From: Craspedostauros australis
Taxonomy: Eukaryota
NCBI GenBank assembly: GCA_030167865.1
Contig: JALAGF010004863.1
Span: 1-45,414, forward strand
Length of the DNA stretch: 45,414 nucleotides
Direction: 5' to 3'
The notes under the pieces were generated by a model. It had not been told where the DNA came from. It did no database searches and saw nothing but the letters and a program-made list of their open reading frames with translations. Both the position numbers and the translations under genes were made by a program. Positions 11,864 through 22,362 of this stretch are shown piece by piece (position 1 is the first letter of the stretch; each line of letters starts with the position of its first letter).

Positions 11864-12531
11864 GTTGCTCGTCTTGTGAGAGTTTTTATTGCCTTGATCC
11901 GTTCAAGCATGGTGAGCGGGCATTGGCTGTTGCTGCTCCTCATAAATTGCGTTGGGTGGGTTCATGCAATCGAAAGAGAGAAGAGTGTCTGCACCAGAAT
12001 GTGATGTACTCGTACGTATTGGAGAAGAGAGCAACGTCGTGCTCTGCCAAACCTGCGCTCACGGCTGGGAGGAGGCGGAAGAAGAATCGCTGTCGAAGTC
12101 GCCATCCACAATGAAGCGTTTGTAGTTTCGTGGAGGTGTTGGAAGAACAAATGAGTTGCGGAAGGTCGTCTTTTGCATCTTCAGGTGAGTCATCGTTGGT
12201 TTTTAATTCGTATTTCGAGAAATAAAGTATGTAAAATAAAGTTTTGCCGCGGCTTATGTAATCGGACGATAATGGCCCGATACCAGACAACAATCACAAG
12301 AACTAGACTGCATTGAGAATACAGCTTAGATAGAACGGACCAACTTGCTGAGTGCACAAAGCAACGCTGCGACCTCTTGAAACACATTCATAGAAAGTGG
12401 GTAGGGTAGACTCTCGTGAAATAATGAAAGGGATTAATCTCTACGTTATTGACACGACGATGGCGGAAGACTGGACTTGCGTATTCCACCATCGCGATTG
12501 ATTTTGCTGTGGTGCATCGACTCTTCTGTGC

Positions 12532-14898
12532 CTAAAATGACTCAAAGAGTTTCTGGTCCGACTCGGAAAGGTTGCCGTATCGGATGCTCTCATCTCGCAA
12601 GGAGGAGAAATCATCAAAATTGTCGGACACGTCCAACGGATCCTCCGTCAGCTTCGGCTTCCATGGTGCCTTGAGCTCCTTCTTGTGGATTCTTCGAAAG
12701 TCCAGGTTGACCGCCTGGAACCACTCGTGGCGCTTGATGTCAACATATCCATTGGCCTGATTGCCCAGACGATTCGCCTGCTTGCGGACGAGGAGCTGCA
12801 TGACGAACGACTTCTGATGCTCGTCCAGGAACTCTGGCATGTCGTATTTGACCATGACGATTCGCTTGAACATGTCCATCTGACTCGAACCTTTTTGGAA
12901 GAACGGAGACAGACCGCACATCAATTCGTAGACGAGCACGCCGAAGGACCAGTAGTCGGCGGCGTGGTTGTGACCCCTGGACATGATGACTTCCGGTGCC
13001 AAGTACTCCGGCGTGCCCACCATGGTGAATGTCTTGTCCGTCACAACCTTGGCGAAACCAAGATCGACGATGATGCAGTATCCCTCGTTGTCGAGGAGCA
13101 CGTTTTCCAGCTTCAAGTCTCTGTACGCGATGTGCCGCTGATGGAAATGTCCCAGAGCCTCCACAATGCAAGCCGCGTAGAATGCGGCATCGTAGCTCGG
13201 CAGCCCACGTCCATCTACCGATCTGCTTCGCACCTGGGAGTACAGCTCACCACCCTGGATAACCGGCAGCAGCAGGTACAGGTTGTCCTCGTCTTGGAAG
13301 GTGGAGACAAGATGGAGGATGAAGGGATGCTGCAAGAGGCACAGCATATCCTTCTCCCTCAGCACGGACTGCACCTGGTGCGACCGCACGAGCTTTTGCT
13401 TCGAGATGACCTTGAGCGCGTACGATTCAGTGCTGGATTTGTGGCTGACCAACCAGACCTTTCCGAACCCGCCTTGGCCCAGCACGCGATGCCGCTTGAG
13501 ATGAGACAGCATGATCGATCGATCTTGCTTCGTCTTGGCGAACGCCTTGCTGCTTCCAAGTCGGCTGATGTCGCCGATCACCAGCTCAATGTCCTTCCTC
13601 GTGAGCACCCAGGTCGTCAGATTCTCTTCACACACCGCTGTGTGGGATCCGATGCGGTCGGGATCCCCGCTGATGCTCTTGTCCCCGAAGTAGTCGCCGT
13701 TTTGAAGGTTGTATATGTTTTCAGGACGCTTGCTGCTGTACACCAGCAGCGTCCCGCGCTGGATGATCCAGAGATTCATGCTGTAGGGCTTGCCGGATTC
13801 CGCGAGGAAGTGTCCCTTGCGGTAGCAGAGCTCCGTCATCATCCCCGCCAGCTGATCGATCTCTTCCTCTGTCAATTGGCTGTCCCGGATGAGCGGCAGT
13901 GCTTTGAGGAACTTCTTGCGCATATTCCGTTCCAAGAGACCCTGAAGGGGACCGATGTATTCTTCAAATGAACTCCTGTCGATGGCCATGGTGCCGACGT
14001 CCGTGATGGCCGTGACGTTGGCAGCACGTGGCTCTCCAGTCAGAAGCGCGCGTTCTCCAAAGGCCTGACCCGGCCCAAGGATCTGATCATCGTACTGCGA
14101 ATCACCCAGCCCAATGTCGTGGATGCGGACCTGACCGCTGGTGATGATGTAAAAGACGGTACCTTCCTCACCCTTCTCCACGATGCGTTCACCTGACGTC
14201 CACGCTATCGGCGCGAGGTTGTGAATGAAGCGGTTGAGCAGCGTCTCATCCAACCCTTTGAACATCTCAATGTTCCGCACCCTGTCCTTCATGGAGGACA
14301 TGCGTTTGTAGATGTTGTGCGCCACAGTATACTTGAACGACTTTTGATCCAGCTTCCACAGCTTGGCCGTGCCACCTTCCACCTCCGTGACGACCTTGCA
14401 CGTCGCAACGCGCTTGGAGTCGTACAGCAACGCCGCCATACCGAAGAACTCACCAGGGGTGTACTCCGACACCTTGGTATCATCCTCAAAGTACTCCGCA
14501 GTGCCTGACTGAGACACGTAGCAGTAATCGCCTTCGTCACCTTGGCGGAACAGGATGGTGCCATCGTCGACTTCTTCCATCTGCATCGCCAATGCAATCT
14601 GCGACTTTTCGTTGTCATCGTGATCGTCGAAGATGAAGCTGTGGTTCAAGTAATCGATGAGGGACTGCATGTCCTCTTCGGACTTTTCGAATTCGGGCGG
14701 CCGGAATGTGCATGTCATCTCCGTGCACAGAGGCTTGGCTGTGATGGTGTCGCGGCAACGGTTCTTCTTCCTGTTCAACTTGGATATCTGATGCTCGACA
14801 TGACGGATGTGCTGCTTGGCATCTCGCTGAGACTGTACGCGTTTCCACTCCTCTTCATCGGCGTCCGACAGCGCAGCCTGTTGGTTATCGGCATCCAT
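12532..14898 (-). CDS. PKG: Cyclic-nucleotide-regulated AGC kinase, PKG-like architecture (3 CNB domains + kinase), ~788 aa
   Basis: CNB motifs (FRQGDEGD..FG, EKGEEG..FYII..FGERALL..PRAANV, third degenerate). Kinase motifs GQGGFGKV, YALK, YRDLKLEN, DLG, GTPEYLAPE. AGC tail APWKP..NFDDF..LFESF. Probable start MDADN at 14898. Confidence 0.92.
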   Translation of the reverse strand: MDADNQQAALSDADEEEWKRVQSQRDAKQHIRHVEHQISKLNRKKNRCRDTITAKPLCTEMTCTFRPPEFEKSEEDMQSLIDYLNHSFIFDDHDDNEKSQIALAMQMEEVDDGTILFRQGDEGDYCYVSQSGTAEYFEDDTKVSEYTPGEFFGMAALLYDSKRVATCKVVTEVEGGTAKLWKLDQKSFKYTVAHNIYKRMSSMKDRVRNIEMFKGLDETLLNRFIHNLAPIAWTSGERIVEKGEEGTVFYIITSGQVRIHDIGLGDSQYDDQILGPGQAFGERALLTGEPRAANVTAITDVGTMAIDRSSFEEYIGPLQGLLERNMRKKFLKALPLIRDSQLTEEEIDQLAGMMTELCYRKGHFLAESGKPYSMNLWIIQRGTLLVYSSKRPENIYNLQNGDYFGDKSISGDPDRIGSHTAVCEENLTTWVLTRKDIELVIGDISRLGSSKAFAKTKQDRSIMLSHLKRHRVLGQGGFGKVWLVSHKSSTESYALKVISKQKLVRSHQVQSVLREKDMLCLLQHPFILHLVSTFQDEDNLYLLLPVIQGGELYSQVRSRSVDGRGLPSYDAAFYAACIVEALGHFHQRHIAYRDLKLENVLLDNEGYCIIVDLGFAKVVTDKTFTMVGTPEYLAPEVIMSRGHNHAADYWSFGVLVYELMCGLSPFFQKGSSQMDMFKRIVMVKYDMPEFLDEHQKSFVMQLLVRKQANRLGNQANGYVDIKRHEWFQAVNLDFRRIHKKELKAPWKPKLTEDPLDVSDNFDDFSSLRDESIRYGNLSESDQKLFESF

Positions 14899-15172
14899 GG
14901 GCAGTATGGAATTGTATGGAGTATGCGGTATGGAGTATGCGGTATTGAATACCGTACTTGAACAAGTATGGATGGAGAATGTGAGCAGAGTGCAATGTCT
15001 GGCAAAATACATGATCATGTTCGAAAACATGTGGGGCAAGAGTGCATCAGAACGACGTCGCGGTCGTCGTCTTCGTCACCACTATTGCCCGTTTTCCAAG
15101 AGTATCCGTACGAGTACGGCATTGCACACAGGCGGAGCATCCACACATGCGCATATCGTTGCATCATTGCAC

Positions 15173-15236
15173 GTCGCCAATGGATGTCGCCAATGGATGT
15201 CGCCAATGGATGTCGCCAATGGATGTCGCCAATGGA
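15173..15236. repeat. 13-bp tandem repeat GTCGCCAATGGAT x ~4.9
   Basis: Four perfect copies plus 12 nt of a fifth. Confidence 0.95.
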
Positions 15237-15591
15237 AGCTGCAGTTCGTCCCGATTGCTCTGGACAGGTGCCAGCCAACATCGTACGAGGAAGGCACGCC
15301 ACAGCATTGAACATGTCGGTGCGATACTGCCCCCCCCCCAATGAGGAAGATCATGCTGTGGCACGGTTCCCCTCACATCCCTTTCCCACACGCTGCCGCA
15401 TGTTCACACCACCCACTTTATCTTGCACTCACCGTGACCGCGCTCAACTTCCTGCCTTCTTCTTCGCCGCCGCAGCAGACTTCGAATAGTGATGCAAACA
15501 CCATGGTGCTCTAATCTTCCTTTGTCTTCGTGCTCTTGTACTTGCTGGTCTGTTGTGTTGCCGATGCTTTACATTTTATGACATCTCCGTT

Positions 15592-15654
15592 GGTGCAGTT
15601 TGTGCAGTGTGTCCGGTCTGTGCAGTCTGTGCAGTGTGTGCAGTGTGTGCAGTT
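15592..15654. repeat. 9-bp degenerate tandem repeat TGTGCAGTN x ~7
   Basis: Direct reading. Confidence 0.8.
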
Positions 15655-15887
15655 GCCGTTCTCATTCTCTCGGTTGTGACGAATGTGATCCTTCACACAA
15701 ACATTGCTTTTGTCATCGTCAGCCAGAAAGGCGGAATGGCCTCGAACAAGTGTTACCGGCGAGTCGAGGAACAACATCGAAGATGCTGGAACGGACACGT
15801 TTGCAGAAATACGACAACACGGACTACATGAATGAAGGCGGTTTGTAGTATATATTATCGAATATAGAGTGATATTTGTGCATGGTT

Positions 15888-17412
15888 TCAGAGCAAGTCA
15901 TCGTCATCACCATCGTCACCGTCTTCGATTTGGTGCTCCTGGCTAATTCCTTCACCTGCGGGTTGGGTATCCATTGCTGTTTGGATCTCATTACCTGCGC
16001 TGGCGTCACCAGCTGTCGATGCGATCGAGACGCCCAAATATTGCCGTTCCTGCTGCACCTGCTGGGATTGGGATGCACCCGTACCGCCATTCTCGAGATG
16101 CGCCACGATTGGACTGCCATCAGAGCCGATCAGCAATGGCTGCTGCATCCGTTCCTCCAGCGTGACTGGCGTCCTAGCTGTGGGTACTGCGATCGGTGAC
16201 GCGACGTCCGTCCATCCCAACGTGGGTCCCAAGAAGATCGTCCCGTTGAAAATGAAATGATCCAATGCCAGGAACAGCGCGAACAACAGCGAGCTTGTGA
16301 AGACCACGACGACTGACACGATCTCAAAGATCCCGAGATCGGCGTTCGCTCGTATGCTCATCCATGCGAACATCATCATCGCGAGCATCGTCCACTTCGT
16401 GAAGGCCCTGCCGCAAAGCGTGACGACGCGGGAAACGATCGATTCCACGGGTTGCTCGCTGGGAACGAACAGTCCCAACCCGCAGACGACGATCACAAGG
16501 AGATCCAAGCCGATCCACAACCACCCGCCGTGGAATCCTCCGTACTGGACCATCGCGTACGCCAATCTGACAATCGCCACAGCAGCGTGCATGCCCATGA
16601 CCAAAATGATATAGCCACCGGTGAAGTTGGAGACTTGAGTATTTTTTCGATACATGTGTATCTGGGGGATGACCGCTGCCGCTTGCAAGTAAGACGTGGT
16701 AAGAAAGGCTGCGAGAGCACTTTTGGAGGAGACGAGCCACATGAAGACGCCGACCATGACACACGGCAGCACCATAAGCGGCCAATGTCGGACGCTTTCA
16801 TGGTCCGAGTTGTAGGTGCTGGCGGCGGGATGTCTGGAGACCTTGCGCATGAGAAGGACCGTCAGCACGCCCATGAGTATGTCGATCCATCTGTAACAAT
16901 TCGTGTAAACGTCCAGTTCCATGCGTCCATAGTAATGGGGCAGAATCACATCCCAGTCCAGCTCATTGAGGACTTGCGCCAGCAGAAGGATCTCCTGCGT
17001 GTTGCGAGAAATTCCTGGTGGAATTGGAGAGTGAAAACACGAGAGATATCGCGTGAGAAATGGGACTACGCACAATACGGGGTTGCTTGCTTGAAGATCT
17101 CGGATGATTGCGCAATTTCCGCAGCGGTGATAATGCAGATGCACAGGCACATGAAGTGCTTTTCTTGGTGACATCGATGGCAGTAGCTCGCGCCAAAACC
17201 AACGCCAATCAAACATGCGAATGGCAACGAAGATCTCCAAACATCACATCACATCGCATGGCATGGCATGGCATGAAACGAGTCGTATCGTATGGCACAG
17301 TACCTTCTGCATTGTGATCTGCCAAGAGACTGTGCAACACCAGCACGTTCGACGACGAGGTCATCAATTCGGACAGGACAGCCAGCACCCTCATGCCGAC
17401 GGAGCCATTCAT
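15888..17412 (-). CDS. Divergent KDEL/ERD2 receptor-like protein, paralogue 2; complement(join(15888..17014,17304..17412)), ~411 aa
   Basis: HNAE-G-ISRNTQEILLL, TYNSDHESVRHW, SYLQAAAVIPQIHMYRK..VSNFTGGYI. The phase-1 GT-AG intron at 17015-17303 interrupts the same Gly codon as in paralogue 1. Exact start Met uncertain. Confidence 0.75.
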
Positions 17413-17853
17413 CTTGGCTTGTTGTGCGGTCTATGAGAGTAGTGCTGCTGTGATGGTATTAGTAGTATGTGTCGTAGAGTATGTGTCCGTACCGATGTTG
17501 CGGCTGATCTTGTTGATGGGAACTGTCGTGTGGGCATGGCGAGGGATTGTGTGGGATGTGATGTTGATGGAAATTCGCGCGAGACACTGTGCCTCTCGAC
17601 ATGCTTGTTCTCTCCCACGAATCAAATCTTGCGCGTGGCAACAAATCGTGTCTTTGGATCTTGTCTCTTCCTGTTTCCGACTTCTCTCATCACCTCGCGC
17701 CGCGCTAATTCCCCACCATGCAATCGCGATCACAAGGACTATGGAACGACGCTCACATCAGCACGCTCGATGCATTCCAACGCTTCACAAGAAAAGACTT
17801 GTTGTGCCGTTAGGTTTACTGTCAGGCTTTCATTCTATCATAGAATAGTATCT

Positions 17854-19173
17854 TCAACCAGAGCCACCGCCACCGCCACCGCCACCCCCGCCGCCTGATC
17901 CACCAGGCCCGCTGCCGCCTGCGCCGCCCGACGACACCGTCTTGTTTTGGAACTCCTTCCGCAGTTCCCATGTATTCTTGTGATCGCCGCTGCGGTGGTA
18001 CTCTCCGATTTCTCGCAGCGAGTCTCTGATCTCCGTCTCCGGCCGTCCACCGCAAGCGATCTTGAGATCCTTGACGCTCCAATACTGCTGCTGTTCGAAG
18101 AGCTCGAAGAGGACAGAGCGCGTGGGCTGATCGTCCGTGAATCTGGTCTTCTTTGCGATTGGCATGTTGTTCGCATCTCTGGCCTCCAGCATGCGCTTTC
18201 CGAATTCGTGCACGGCGTTGCCGAATCCTCCACCCGATGAGGACTTCTTTCCACCGGTGTTGCGTCGACGCGATTGCTGGACGACCTGGTTGGCCTCCAC
18301 AGGCTTCACAAAGCCTGCGCCATCCCAAATGTTGTGCGTTTTACAACCGCCAAACGCCCAAGAATTGTGAGAAGTTAGAGTGCATCCAAGTGTGTATCCA
18401 AGTATGGAACGCAGCAACCAAGCAGTATGTTTGCAAGTTTGAGATATCGATAATTGAAAAGGATGTGAGCAGCTGGATGCACCAGCCTTCTATCTCAAGC
18501 TACGAGTGTTCTCAACTTGGCTTCCATTGAACCCAGCAAACCGCTCGATTCATCGACAGCACATGGTCAAACACCAACGCAAGTAACATCACAGCAACTC
18601 ACGGTTCGTGTTGACGGTCGCATTGAGCAATCGATTCTTGACGAGGTTGCGGTAGTTGGAATCATCGATCTGCGACACCTGCAGGTTGGCCGTGCGCGAC
18701 ACCACCCCCTTGATCGTGACGCTGCCGTTGGGTTGGCGCGTGAAGGGGTGCAAGGTCGGGATCCTCTTCGTCATGGCCTGCAAGGAGTACTGCAGCGGCA
18801 AGGCCTTCGTGAGGTTCTGGTTGTAGGCGACGGGATTGTGGGGAGCCTGCTTGCTGCCGCGGCTGTTTCCCAGGCGATCTCTCTTTTTGACGCCCGATGT
18901 CTTGGCCTGCATCCGCGTGGGATCGGGCGGCGTGACGTCGATGCGAATCTGCGGCTTGATCGTCTTGCCACTCTGCTTGCCTCCCTTGACGAAGACGAGA
19001 TCGCCGAGCTCCGTGCCCTCCGGCAAGGCGTCCCAGACCTCCGCCAGCTTCGGCGGGATGCGAAGCATCCAGCATTCCTTGTAGGCATCCTCGGTGTGCA
19101 AGTTGCCGTAAGATTCGATCGTCACTTCCGATTTGTTCGTCTCGCCTCCTGCATCCTCGTTGGGTTGGGACAT
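17854..19173 (-). CDS. GTF2F2: Transcription initiation factor IIF beta subunit (RAP30/Tfg2); complement(join(17854..18314,18603..19173))
   Basis: N-terminal CWMLRIPPKLAEVW and C-terminal winged helix LFELFEQQQYWSVKDL...LREIG...HKNTWELRKEF. A GTGAGT..GCAG intron at 18315-18602 restores the frame. Confidence 0.88.
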
Positions 19174-19670
19174 GGTCAACGTGGACTATTACTCTTGCAA
19201 TGTAGGGGGAGATGGAAGGCTCTATGGGCTGCGATGGCGATTGTGATTGTGTCTGTGTTTGAGGTTCGGAGATGTCTGAAGAGATCTTCGTGTGGAAGCA
19301 GTTCTTTCCGGTTTCGTTGGTTTGGTTGTGTTGATGGCACATCGAGTCCCGATAGATGCGTGACTTGTGATTGCGGGATTGGGTATTCGTGATACAAAAA
19401 ATGACTTCCGTATCCGTCGTGACACTTTCGTTTGATGTGCATGAAGCGGTTGGCGCGTGTGGATGGATGGATGGATGGATCCTCGGAATGTTCCTGCCCC
19501 AGAGCATTCTGACAGAACAATCCTCTTGTGGACGCAGTGAAGTGCAACAGCATCTCACATCTTGCAGCTGTCATACTCGTACGACTACGAGCATCCAACA
19601 ACGAGCACCTGCAACGATCTCTCCATCGAATTCCAAGAAATCCAAAAACACCAAGACCACCACTACCACG

Positions 19671-20111
19671 ATGACAGGAATGATCCCAGCCGATGCCGTG
19701 GCCGTCGGATTCGGCGCCTTCCTCGGAGCGCTGAGCCGGTACCAAGTGGGCCGCATGGCCGCCGAATGGATTGCCACGGATCCCAACAGGCTCGGCAAGC
19801 TGGGTGGCTGGCACACGGCCGGCATCAACATGGGCGGTTCCTTCCTGTTGGGCGGCATCACGGCAAGCCCCGTCGTGCAGGCAAAGCCCCGATTCGCGTC
19901 CATGCAGGGTCTATCCCCGCGCGCCAAGCTCATGATGGGCGTGGGATTCTGCGGATCGTACACCACCTTTTCCACCTACAGCGTCGACGTCGTCACGTGG
20001 TTGCAGCAGGGCAAGACCGGCAAGGCGCTGTCCTACGTCGCCACCAACAATATCGGCGGGTTCGTCGCGGCGGCGGCCGGCATGGTCTTGGCGAAGAAGT
20101 TCTTCGGGTAG
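19671..20111 (+). CDS. crcB: Fluoride channel Fluc/CrcB, single domain (146-aa core; N-terminus may extend upstream)
   Basis: GAFLGALSRY (TM1), TAGINMGGSFLLG (TM2 Asn), GFCGSYTTFSTY (TM3 signature), YVATNNIGG (TM4). Confidence 0.9.
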   Translation: MTGMIPADAVAVGFGAFLGALSRYQVGRMAAEWIATDPNRLGKLGGWHTAGINMGGSFLLGGITASPVVQAKPRFASMQGLSPRAKLMMGVGFCGSYTTFSTYSVDVVTWLQQGKTGKALSYVATNNIGGFVAAAAGMVLAKKFFG

Positions 20112-20758
20112 AATATGGGTGGGGGAGTGCAAGAAGCATGGAGCGTCTCTGTCTCCAGAGAGAGAGAATGAGAGAGTTCCTCTCCTTTTGCAGAAGCTAC
20201 TCGATTCCAGAAACACTTGCGAGGTGGGTGGGTGTAGAATGAGTCGATGTCGTATCTCCGCTTTCAATGAGGGCACTCTGCCACAGCCCTCTCAACACGG
20301 TGCTGATAGTTTCGCAGACACTAAATGCGATAGGCGAAGCAGAGTTTCATACCATCAGTATCCACATATTCATGCGGCGTATCGACAGCTATGACGAGAC
20401 GAGCCAAAGCGCAAGTGAATGGGCATAGGAACGATGGTACTGGTAAAAGTGCATAGCAACACTTGACGAGTGCTGCGTACAGTAGTCTTTACCACGTTGC
20501 TCTCATGCGTTTCTCCTTGTCATCATTCCCACATTTGTTGTTGCTTCCTTTCCTCCTTCCTTCCTCCGTCTCTGTCTTCTTTGTTTCTCATTCATCGAAT
20601 AAGACGGACACCCACATTCTCCCAACCGTGCTCTGATGGAATGGAGAATCATAGCTTTCATGCTTTGGACATCCTGTTTTGCAAACGCTGGACATGGTAC
20701 TCGTGCTGCACCGGTGCGTATAGTACTGTGTATGAATCAATCCACCTGTTTGCAATCA

Positions 20759-21825
20759 TCACACGATACTCCTGGCAACAATGACGGGCCCGAATCTTGG
20801 ACCAGGACTGATCTGTTTGAAATCGGACTCGATCAGTATCAGGTTGGTCATCACCTTGGTTTCGTCATCTTCCTTCATTTCCGGCAGACATATCGATGGA
20901 TACACGGTGCCGCGGAATCGATTGATCGCGCAATCGTACAGCGCTTCACCGTTCAGGAAGAACTGCACCATGGGCAAGTCTGACTGCTGCACCGCGACTC
21001 CCACGACATCCCCATTCTGCACCTCGATTTTTCTCATCCATTGCGTGCCCGTGTCTTCGCTTGATGAATCTGTGATAAGTACAGTTGCAGGTTTGTTTCA
21101 TTTTCATTTCGCCAATGGGTAGCGTTGCCATCATTGTTGTCGTTGATGATGCAGTTGGTATGGACGACGTCGGTGCAAAGGCGTTGCAGAATGATAGGCG
21201 CATGAGCAGATGTTCCAAAAAGCAAAGTTTGGGATTGCACAACACCATTGCTTGCACCTCTTCCTTGGAAGCCACGCACTGCCATGCATGCAACACCTCA
21301 CCAAACAAATGAATAGAGTACATTGGCCATATCCACAGCATGTCATTCACTGCAAGTCATCCAACGTCTTGGATGCAATTGGATATGGATTTGATACATC
21401 GAACACCAAGCAAAATCCATCCAATTGATTCATCCAATATGTCCACACATCCATTGACTCGAATCATTGAGTCTCCCCGTACCTAGCTTCTTTCCTTCGT
21501 CCTTCATCTTCTTGTAGAACCCTCTGTTCTTGTTGGTGGCAACTCCAAAGAGGATATCGTCAATATGCTTCGTGCCTGGTTCGATCTGGATGTGCCATTC
21601 CCAGTAGGCCGCATCCTGCTCAATGGAGACAGCGCACAGCGCCAGACCATGTCCCGTGACCTGCGTCCTGCCATCCTTGACTTGGATCGTCGGCGAGCTC
21701 TTGGACCGGCTCACCACCAACGCCTTGAGCTGCTCCTTCGTCGGCTTGTCTCCCGACATGCCCTGCATCTCGGTCTCGCGTTCATCGGTGCCCTCCGAAT
21801 CGCAACATGAGCAGCAGCCACCCAT
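20759..21825 (-). CDS. SPRYD7: SPRY domain-containing protein 7-like; complement(join(20759..21069,21483..21825)), ~217 aa
   Basis: MGGCCSCC acylation N-terminus, GHGLAL..IEQDAAYWEWHI, FGVAT, GDVVGVAV..FFLNGE..RGTVYPSI. GTACG..CAG intron at 21070-21482 is in frame. Confidence 0.8.
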
Positions 21826-22362
21826 TGTGTATGCCTATGAAGATGTATTGCGTAGTATAATAGTGGACGGTATGGAAGGCTTCCAGTTGCAGATGCGAGA
21901 GTCTGTGCTTGCAATGGTGATTGTCTGAGTATGAGTGCGATGAGAGATGGGCTCCTGTGCTGTATTCGCAGAGCAAGTGAGCCTCTGGTTGTGTGTCGAG
22001 TTGAATTGGCGAATGCAAAGTCACAACGGTGGTGGTTGGAAGGAGATGGCAGCCGTTGCGCCAAGAGAAGAGGCAATCCACGTTGCGCAATGCGGACTGT
22101 TTCGCCATCTGTTCGGAGGCAGTTGTGTTCGTAATTTTCACAAATTGGCACGAGTCGACCTATTCGACTTGGCATGAATGTTAGTTCATCAAAACTAGAG
22201 GCCTCCAACTCAACATGGCACCATCGCGGCACGAGCACACATTCACGTGAAGGCCTTCCCTAACGATGATACTGTACTCATATTACAACAGTGTACTATA
22301 CATGACATATATCATGGCAGAGTAGTCCTTGTGGATTACAAAAATAGTTCGACGCTCCCTCT

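Noticed and set aside
12685-13971. Long antisense ORFs (also 18517-19392, 30106-31134, 36966-37868, 40286-41050)
   Set aside because: Shadows of GC3-biased coding on the opposite strand; no domain features.
15511-15798. ORF with CTHCTHCTDCTD as a metal-binding or antifreeze peptide
   Set aside because: The pattern comes from a 9-bp microsatellite; there is no signal peptide or coding bias.
20257-20270. 14-bp match TCCGCTTTCAATGA to the 20-bp array unit
   Set aside because: Single isolated match with no flanking similarity; cannot be distinguished from chance without a genome-wide count.
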